Positions 49,762 to 59,102 of a DNA stretch of 64,000 nucleotides are shown in pieces (position 1 is the first letter of the stretch; the number at the start of each line of letters is the position of its first letter). This stretch comes from Heteronotia binoei (lineage: Eukaryota). The notes under the pieces are model-generated. The model was not told where the DNA came from. It did not search any database and saw only the letters and a program-made list of their open reading frames with translations. The DNA lies in NCBI RefSeq assembly GCF_032191835.1, contig NC_083236.1, forward strand, positions 15,996,001 through 16,060,000. The letters run 5' to 3'. The translations under genes were made by a program, and so were the position numbers.

Positions 49762-52155
49762 ATGAGAACAGGAAAAAGATTCCAGCATTCAGCCAGAAGA
49801 GGCTTCATTTTCCTTATGATGATTACAATATTGGAAGTTTCTGGACGGCTCCAGTACTCCATTCCTGAAGAAGTGCCGAAGGAATCTTTGGTGGGGGATA
49901 TTGCAGTAGACCTGGGAGTGGACATAAAGGGAACAGGCAACAAAGTCCGCATTGGCTGTGGAGGTAGGATCCAATATTTTGCTTGGAATTATGAAAGTGG
50001 CCGTTTATACACTGCAGAAAGAATAGACAGAGAGGAGATTTGTGGCAGAACACAAAAGTGCCTGTTAAAGTGTGATCTGATTATTGAAAATAAAATGAAA
50101 GTGTATGCAGTTGAAGTAGAAATTACAGATATAAATGATAATGCTCCTCACTTCCCACCTGGAGAACAAGAACTTACTATCAGTGAGGCTTCTGCTGCAG
50201 GATCTCGATTCCCTCTGCCTGAAGCTCAAGATCCAGACCTAGGCATAAATTCTATACAGAATTACCAGCTCATTGGCAGTAGCCATTTTACTTTGGCTGT
50301 TCAGATGGGAGAAAATGGTGCCAGGCATGCAGAGCTGGTTTTGGAAAACTCTCTGGACAGGGAGGAGCAGTCAGAGTATGAGCTAATCCTTATAGCTTCT
50401 GATGGGGGTGATCCAACCCGATCTGGAACTGCACGGATTCAAGTCACTGTTCTGGACGCAAATGACAATGCTCCAGTTTTCAGTCAACCTGTCTATCAAG
50501 TGAGTGTCAAAGAGAATCTCCAGAAAGGATCCACAGTCTGCACAGTAACAGCCAGTGATAAGGATGAAGGTATCAACAAAGAGTTAAGTTATTCCTTCAA
50601 AAAAACCGGAGAGGTTGCTTCTCAAATGTTTGCCCTCAATTCCACTACTGGTGAAATAACGTTGGCAGGGACCCTTGATTATGAGGAATTGTCCCTTTAT
50701 GAATTTGAGGTACAAGCGAAGGATGGAGGAGGATTGTATGACAGATCTAAAGTACTGATTACTGTTACTGATGTGAATGACAACATACCCGAGATAGAAA
50801 TAACTTCTCATGTCAACTCAGTGTCTGAGGATTCACCACCAGGGTCAGTCATCGCCCTTTTAAAGATACAAGATCATGATTCGGGAACCAATGGGGAAGT
50901 CTCTTGTTCTGTTGACATCAACCTACCTTTTCAGTTGGAGAAAACTTACAATAATTACTACAGTCTGATGACAGAGAGAGCTCTTGACAGAGAGCATATG
51001 CCATTTTACAATATCGTCATTATAGCCACTGATCATGGGACGCCCCCACTTTCAACAAGCTGCACACTCTTACTCCAGATTTTAGACAGAAATGACAATC
51101 CTCCCCTCTTTACGGAAACAACCTATACCTGCTACCTGGCAGAGAACAACCCAAGAGGAGCCTCTGTCTTCTCACTCAAGGCAGATGATCCAGACTGGGA
51201 GGAGAACTCCAGAATAACTTATTCCATCATTGAAAGTCAGATGGCTGACTCCTTCGTCTCCTCCTATCTCTCCATTAATTCTGAGACTGGGGTAGTCTAT
51301 GCTCTGCGTTCCTTTGATTATGAAGATTTGGTGGAGATACATTTCCAGGTCAAGGCTCAGGATGGAGGCTCCCCACCACTCAGCTCCAATGTCTCTGTGA
51401 CTCTCTTAATTTTAGATCAGAATGACAATGCCCCCCAGATCTTGTACCCTTCTGTCCCCAATGATGGCTCCACTGGAGTAGAGTTGGCCCCCCACTCTTC
51501 TGAGCCTAGATATCTGGTCACTAAAGTGGTAGCAGTGGATGCAGACTCTGGCCAGAATGGCTGGCTCTCCTATCAATTACTGAAGGCCACAGAGCCAGGG
51601 CTTTTCACCATAGGCCTCCACACTGGAGAGATCAGGACAGCCCGTTTCTTCCTGGACAAGGATGCTCTCAAGCAAAGCCTGGTGGTTTTGGTGAAGGACA
51701 ATGGGCAGCCCCCTCTGTCTGCCTCAGTCACGGTCACTGTGGTGCTGGCCGACAGCATCCCTGATCTATTGACTGACTTGAGCAGCATCTCAGCTCCTGC
51801 AGACCCCCAGTCAGACCTCACCTTCTACCTGGTGGTTGCTGTGACTTTTGTTTCCTGCTTGTTTTTCACCTTCCTCCTTGTGTTGTTGGTTATCAGGATG
51901 TACAGATGGAGAACTTCACAGCTGTGTGATTCTGGGAGTGTGAATTTCAGTGGCGTCCCAGTTTCACAGTTCATGGGAATTGATGGAGTTCGGGCATTTC
52001 TTCACTCTTATTGTCAAGAGGCTTCTCTCACCACAGACTCTAGGAAAACCAAATGCACATTTTCCAGGGCAGATAATTCCAATGCACTAACTGACCAACA
52101 GGATCCCATACTTATTGTCGAAGACATTGGTACTGGGAATCAGAGCTTTGTCCAG
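49762..52155 (+). CDS. PCDHGA: Protocadherin gamma A-type variable exon (gene 6), divergent signal peptide and EC1
   Basis: 798 codons from MRTGKRF. Phase-0 donor CAG|GTAAGC. GammaA-type EC6, TM and tail. Confidence 0.93.
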
Positions 52156-54540
52156 GTAAGCTGAGAATATATGATTTATGTGTTGTATTAAGATCTTCAT
52201 TTCTTCGTATGCAGACTGCTTTTTGTTTCTAATGTTCCTTTGAATACAGTCTTCATTCCCTCATCCCCCAGCATCTGGCTGCATTTCCACTTCCACTCTC
52301 CCTCACACACACACACACAAAGCAGCCAAAATAAACACAGTTTGGGAGCACACACTTTGTGGTCTCACCGGGGCAATTTAACCATGCTATATACTCAACC
52401 AAGTTCTTCAGGCTAACACAGGGAAACAAGAGGTTCTCGCTATTTGACTGTGCAAACGACTTCTAAAGGGACTGTAAAACAAACTGAGGAAATGGGCTGC
52501 TTCCGTTCCCTTTCTCGCAACAGCCATGTTGTTCTGCAGGCTTGCCCCACCCCCATTCAGGCTGGCTCCGGGGATTTAAAGGCACACACACTTTTCAAAA
52601 AGCATACTGTTTCCAAACAGTCTTCTGTGCCTTCCAAGGTGGAAAGGTACATGGTGGCAGTTGGGGCGGGACTTCCCCCACTGGCCTGCTGCCTGGGGGT
52701 GGGAACGAGACTGCAAAACCAGGGGATCCCCCATTGGGACATGGGGATTGGCAAGCCTAGTGCTATTGTAGGCAGGCCAAGACCAGGCTTCCCATGTTCC
52801 AGGCTGTTTCTCGTTCTCCTCCCCCTGAGAGGCTGGACAAAAGCTCTCCCTTGGCTCTAGGCCTTCTCCCCACCCCCACCCCCAGCAAAAAAAGACTAGA
52901 AGATATTTCATTTCCACTAGAACCCAGTCCAGCCCAAGCATCAGGTACTGGGAGAGATGGTGGAGGCCGGTATTATAATCAGACCGGATAGGTTCAGGCA
53001 GAGAGGTGGAGGACAGATCAGAGCACTGGAGATTTCAGCTCACCAGAAATGAGATTGAATAGCTATGGTTTATGTAGAATTATTTCCTTCATTTTTTTTA
53101 CATAAATATTTTTGTTTAGATTGTTTTAAATCTAATGAAGAATCACTTCACTTCTGTGCTCAGGAACTACTTGCCTTTTGCTCATCCTACACAACAACTG
53201 CTGTGGCTGGTTACACATTGTGAAATTGACATGATTTTATCCCATTCAGAAAAAATCTGCTAAAGTTTGAAGCATTTCTGGGCAGACAACTGCTGCTGAC
53301 GCGGCAGGATCCTGGCAGTGGTCAGCGGTTGCCCATTCACACTGCTAGCCTGGCTCAACCACAGACCCGCTGCAGAAAGGGTTGTCTCTTTAAAAAAGGC
53401 CGCATGTGTAATCTCGATTGGAGGAGCGGAGAAGCACACCTCAGAGAGAGGTGGGGGGGGGGCCCTGACCTTGCCAGAAACGGCTTGGCGCGATAACACA
53501 GCTCTTCTACTTATGAGTCACCCCAGAGCATTCAGACAGCAGTTGACTATGTGACCTACATACAATTCAGGGGGATGCTACCAGGAAAATTCAGGTAGCT
53601 TTTTAATGCGGATAGGAGGCGTCTGGAGACGGGGTGAGAACGAGTACAGCTCAGAGGGCAGATGTGCTTGTGTGATTGTGCACTTTTAATCCAAATGGGA
53701 GGCAGGGCTAGGTTGGGGCAAATCTGTATGAAACTCTCCCAGCAGGGCTTGTTTCCTAGTATGGAGTAAAGAACAGTTGTGTTTTTCCTGAAGGACTGAG
53801 GGGTAGGGGAGAAAAAAGAACACTGGGACAGCAGCAGCCAGGAATCATAAAGTGTGGCTTGTAGAAATTGAAGGAGAGAGGTTGCCAGGTATGATCTAGG
53901 ATCCTAAAGGAGTCCTTGGGGTCAGAACCATGGGTGATGCCAGTAGGTAACAGCGACACACTTCTAGAGGAAACCCAGAAGTAACATCATGCTCCTTTAA
54001 GAATCACCAGAAACTCTATGGTAAAATCATACTTGCCAGGAATTCCTAGAGTAAACTGAAATAACTGTTGGGGTTTCTCAAGAAGTGATGTCATGCCATC
54101 AATGACCTTTTTTAAAAAAGAAAATTCTTTCTCAGCAGCCACTTAAATGATAATGATTGATGTTTGGCTAGGAAACAAGATTTTTACTTGATAAATGGAA
54201 TAAATAAACGTCTGACCTCTCTTCAGCTAGAATGCTGATTACCTATCATGGACTGTTTATTAGAGAGAATCATCGTCTTAAATTAGTGGTGTGGTTTAGT
54301 AATTAATGCATTGCTTTGGCACAGTCAGAGACTTGTTTGTATGGACATAACATTCTTTTGTGCTTGTGTATTTTTGATCTACTTAGCAGTGCTATCTTAA
54401 CCAAAGTTACTTACTAAATAAGCAATGTATAAATGTAACATTTCTAATGTAACAGTAAAGTTTTTCTTAGAACATTTTTAATTAGATGAAATGACTAGCT
54501 TCATGTTCAGTGAAAATGTTCTGCTTAGTTGTACATTAAT

Positions 54541-55286
54541 ATGATTTCGCAACAGTGATCCACGCAACGGTCACCTCAAGACTAGACTACTGTAACGCCC
54601 TCTACTTGGGGCTACCTCTGTGCCGGACTCGGAGACTGCAGCTAGTGCAGAACGCGGCGGCCAGGCTGTTGTTGGGACTCCCAAAACGGGAACATATACG
54701 GCCGGGGCTACGTGAACTGCACTGGCTGCCGATTATATACCGGGTCCAGTACAAAGTGTTGGTCATCACCTTTAAAGCCTTATATGGCCGAGGACCTGCC
54801 TACCTGAGGGACCGTCTTTCCCCATATGAACCCCAGAGAGCACTGAGGTCAGCCAGGAAAAACCTAATGACCATCCCTGGGCCGAAGGAGATTAAATACC
54901 AGAATACTAGAGCACGGGCATTTTCAATCGCGGCCCCTACCCTATGGAACCGACTCCCCGAGGAGGTGCGGGCCCTGCGGAACCTTGATCAGTTCCGCAG
55001 GGCCTGCAAGACCACCCTTTTTAAACTTGCACATTTGGACTGCTAAGAAGATCTGTAACTAAAGATCCGCCAATGCGGTTTGAAGACCTATACCGCTGAA
55101 TAATTGTACTTATTGGACTGGTTTTTAATGTTATTAAGTTTAATGTTTTAATGTTTATATTGTTAAATCTAAAGGTTTTTATCTATTATTGTATGTTTTT
55201 ATAAAATGTTGTTAGCCGCCCTGAGCCTGCCGAGGTGGGGAGGGCGGGATATAAATAAAATTTATTATTATATTATTATTATTATT
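54541..55286 (+). mobile_element. Young 5'-truncated L2 LINE
   Basis: Open frame IHATVTSRLDYCNALYLGLP...LQLVQNAAARLL...LHWLP...YKVLVITFKAL (L2 ORF2 C-terminus), AT-rich 3'UTR, stem GCCGCCCTGAGC...GGGCGG, (ATT)n tail. Confidence 0.9.
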
Positions 55287-55605
55287 CATTGTCAGGTTTC
55301 ACCATTATTCAGGATAGATTAAAAATTTAGCAGTGAGGGTACTTTATTAAAATAACTGATTTCAGGCCCCCCACATCCTTAAGTAAGCACCTTATTTAAA
55401 ACAATTCCTGTGAGTCTAACTGTGATTGGATGGAGATTGATGGGTTTAGATAGTAACAAAAATTAGGGGTTCAGTTTAAGTAGCAGAACCACCTCTTCTC
55501 CATTGTTATTAGGCTTATCCTTTGATGGGTATTTTTACATTCAGTTTGATCCAGAGTTTTAGAGTCTTCAAATCGCCTGCCACCGTTCTGCTTTAATTAT
55601 TTTCC

Positions 55606-55879
55606 AGAGCCAGTTTGGTGTAGTGGATAAGTGCGCGGACTCTTATCTGGGAGAACCGGGTTTGATTCCCCACTCTTCCACTTGCACCTGCTGAGATGGC
55701 CTTGGGTCAGCCATAGCTTTCATAGAAGTGGTCCTTGAAAGGGCAGCTGCTATAAAAGCACTCTTAGCCCCACCTACCTCACAGGGTGTTTGTTGTGGGG
55801 GGGGGAGGTAGAGGACATTGTGACCGCTCTGAGACTTTGAGTATAGGGCAGGATATAAATTCAAAATCTTCTTCTTCTT
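55606..55879 (+). mobile_element. Squam3-like SINE
   Basis: AGAGCCAGTTTGGTGTAGTGGATAAG head to (TTC)n tail. Confidence 0.85.
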
Positions 55880-57014
55880 TTACATTGGTGGATTTGCTCT
55901 GCTCATTTTGCGTAGCCAAACTTCTATATCTCCTGCTGAAAGCATTTCAGTTGGGGGGGGGGGGGGTCTCTGATCAGAGGGCAGCCGTAATACCAGTGCT
56001 TAGGTAAATGTATAAGATTGCTTGGAAATCATGTCAACACTGCAAAAACAATACAAATTTAAATTACAAGATGAGGCAAGCAATGATATGTAAAAATTTC
56101 AAGTGCTGTCAGTTCTCATACAAATTACTGCACCTTGTGGCTTTTGGAGGAGTCTTAAAACGCATGAAAACTTCTACAATACAAGTTTGAAACGCCTGTA
56201 GAGAAATGACTGGATCAAAACTAGTTTCGAGAAAAACGTTGCAGCAGCACCAGAACTCATCTCACCGAAACAAATGTAGATGCTTTGAGCAGCAACAATG
56301 CAAAACAGTTGTGAGAACATTAGGTAATGTAAAAGGTGAGTTTCCAATGCAGTGATAGAGAGTCACAAACTGTCAGTGTAAAACACCTGATATCTGCAGT
56401 CACCTCTGGAAACAAGACAGATAATGAGGTTCAAATACATGCTGAAGATACTTTTCATCCATCTTATCTGGTCATAGGTTGAATCCTGTCTTAATTTCTG
56501 TCAGTCTAGATTTCTATTGCACTATTGTTTTGTGGACAAATTAAAGGTGGTATTTATAGGTTAGTTCACAAATATATAATGCTATAGAATGGGCTGTATT
56601 CCAACAGAGGCCTCTGTGGTCTTCCTCATGCCTCTTTACATATTTTTGCAATGTACTGGTGCAGAGGTTCCCTGCTTATGTAAGTCATTTCTTTGATCAC
56701 ATTGAAGCAGTACACTACCACTTCGGTTGCTTGCATGGTAACTTGTTAATGAGGTCTTGTAGATCCATTATAAATATTTCTAGAAGATGTTTGGGCATTG
56801 AAGAAGAAAGAGTTCTATATTTGTGGTCTCTGTGCTCAAACTTTGTTTTTGGAGATAGCAAAAATAAGAAGGAATTTCTGGATGATCTCTCATATAATGA
56901 GATGGATTGGGAGGGGAAATAATCAGCATAATGATAAGGAGAACAAAAATAAGTGTGTGTATAGAAAGGTTTTAAGGCATTATTTACTTTTCAAAGACAA
57001 CAACTTGCTTGCAT

Positions 57015-57110
57015 GTAGTGTATCATACGGTGAAGCTAGAGGGTCAAAGCTCTCCTCACCTTAGTAGTGTATCATACGGTGAAGCTAGAGGGTCAAAGCT
57101 CTCCTCACCT
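57015..57110. repeat. Perfect 47-bp tandem duplication (period 49)
   Basis: GTAGTGTATCATACGGTGAAGCTAGAGGGTCAAAGCTCTCCTCACCT at 57015 and 57064. Confidence 0.9.
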
Positions 57111-57287
57111 CCAAAAATAGTCTTCTTGTAACATCTTAAAGGCTATAAATTTAGTGGCTAACACTGTTCGGGGTATGAACTTTCCTAGGCCAAAAAGACA
57201 TATTTTATCAGTCATGAAACAGATAATGAACAGAATAGATAAGTGTGTGAGTTTATGCCCCTGTCCACTGGGCAGTACAGAGGGAAT

Positions 57288-57456
57288 NNNNNNNNNNNNN
57301 NNNNNNNNNNNNNNNNNNNNNNNNNNNNNNNNNNNNNNNNNNNNNNNNNNNNNNNNNNNNNNNNNNNNNNNNNNNNNNNNNNNNNNNNNNNNNNNNNNNN
57401 NNNNNNNNNNNNNNNNNNNNNNNNNNNNNNNNNNNNNNNNNNNNNNNNNNNNNNNN
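57288..57456. other. Assembly gap (169 N)
   Basis: Run of N. Confidence 1.
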
Positions 57457-58284
57457 AGTTATGATAGTGGACTTGAGTCAACAAGTTCTTTAATAACTCT
57501 ATTAGGGGAATTGGGAACATAATGGCAAGCTCCACCGCCCTCCCACATACACATTGTAAGTTCTGAATAGAGACTACATGCATACAAGTGTAGATGTGTA
57601 TATCATTCTCCAGGCAACTGAGAAGCCTGTTTGTACTGTCAGCTGAAAACTTCTCATTTTTATGATGAGTATCACTAGGTGTGCTGAGTGCCCCCAAAGC
57701 AACAGCCGCATTTCCTTTCTTCCTTTCTCTCCTATAATATCAGTAAAGGATAATCTGAGTTATCACATGTCTTGCAAGCAGCAGCCAATGAAATTGAGTG
57801 TGTATGGGGGGTGGGACCTAGGGAGGAATGACATCACCTCACATACATAATCTGCGTTATTGGGGGAGGTAGCCAGAACAGAAATAGGGCCGTGCTTTTC
57901 AGTGACAGCCCTGCATATCTGAGCACACCTTGCTGCCTCCGAATAAGTAGAATAGCGGTGCTCTGTTATATGCTCTACAATAATCTGGAAATCTTCAAAA
58001 TTGTTAGTAAGTAATGTGGAGTTGTTTCCCATTCTTTTACTCTTTAGTGTGCACCATTTCAGTGTGTACAGGTATTTCCATTATAAAACAAGAAAGTAAA
58101 AAATAAAAAAAATAGTTTGGTAGAAACATTGATTTCTAAAAGAAAAGAAATAGAAACAATAACAAGTGTACAAAACTATAGGATCAAATATCCCACCCCC
58201 CCAGCTCTATAAAGAAAACCAATGTTTATCTAAGTATCAATTCAGGCATCAGCAAAATATTGGGGGAAGATCTGAGTTGAAGGT

Positions 58285-58569
58285 AGAAGAAGATGAAGAA
58301 GATATTGGATTTATATCCTGCCCTCCACTCCGAAAAGTCTCAGAGCGGCTTACAATCTCCTTTCCCTTCCTCCCCCACAACAGACACCCTGTGAGGTGGG
58401 TGGGGCTGGAGAGGGCTCTCACAGCAGCTGCCCTTTCAAGGACAACCTCTGCCAGAGCTATGGCTGACCCAAGGCCATTCCAGCAGGCGCAAGTGGAGGA
58501 GTGGGGAATCAAACCCGGTTCTCCCAGATAAGAGTCCGCACACTTAACCACCACACCAAACTGGCTCTC
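58285..58569 (-). mobile_element. Squam3-like SINE, ~280 bp upstream of the gene 7 CSE
   Basis: Same consensus. Flanks AGTTGAAGGTA / AGTTAAGGTA resemble a TSD. Confidence 0.85.
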
Positions 58570-58845
58570 CAGTTAAGGTAAACTTAACTATAATTATTAG
58601 AGGCAGAAGGAAGTAGGAAATACAAAGTACATTATATGGTACTAACAAGAAAAACATACTTTTCTCAGCTTACTGTTTCACTGTTCTAACTCAATTTTTA
58701 CACTTCCTCTGTTGCAAGGTTTAATGAAGGTGTGTGATCTCATATTTTTACACTCACACTTTTAATACCTGTTTTAAAAAAGAAAACACAACTGCACACG
58801 TATCTACATAATGTCTCCATTTCAAATAGGATGTAAGAGCTCATT

Positions 58846-58888
58846 TGCAGTTCTCCATCTGAGCCTCATAGTGTCACTGTTGGCCAAC
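58846..58888 (+). promoter_or_regulatory. CSE/CTCF-type site, gene 7 (CACT variant)
   Basis: AGTGTCACTGTTGGCCAAC with CACT at 58875. TGCAGTT 29 bp upstream. 228 bp before the ATG. Confidence 0.8.
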
Positions 58889-59102
58889 CTAGATGGAGGT
58901 CCACAAGTGCTTCCCTTAATGCAGTGCAGCTACAGAAAAAAAACCCAGACCGCAATCAGTAGCCTTTCTGAGAAGGACGACATTCTCCTGGTGGTACAGA
59001 TTCAGAAAAAAGAGGAGCTTTTCCTTCCTTGTTGAGATTCCTTTAGTATTGGTGATAATTTGTCCTCTTCAAAACAAACTGAAGAAGAAGCTGTTTTTAC
59101 AG

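Noticed and set aside
7452-51821. Recurrent antisense ORFs over EC6 (7452, 22617, 33630, 51573; also 13728 and 40237)
   Set aside because: They recur only because the sense-strand EC6 DNA is homogenised between paralogs. They are short shadow ORFs with no independent evidence.
52400-54090. GC-richer stretch with 120-140-aa ORFs after gene 6
   Set aside because: No recognisable domain. Contains TGGCAA(G)CCTA/GGTTGCCA-type MITE ends, so it is most likely nested DNA-transposon debris whose boundaries I cannot support.
2644-58554. Family of similar small ORFs (e.g. MVKC.DSYLGEPGLIPHSST) at 2644, 17491, 18902, 45919, 55643 and 58249
   Set aside because: These are translations of the repeated SINE, not a protein family.
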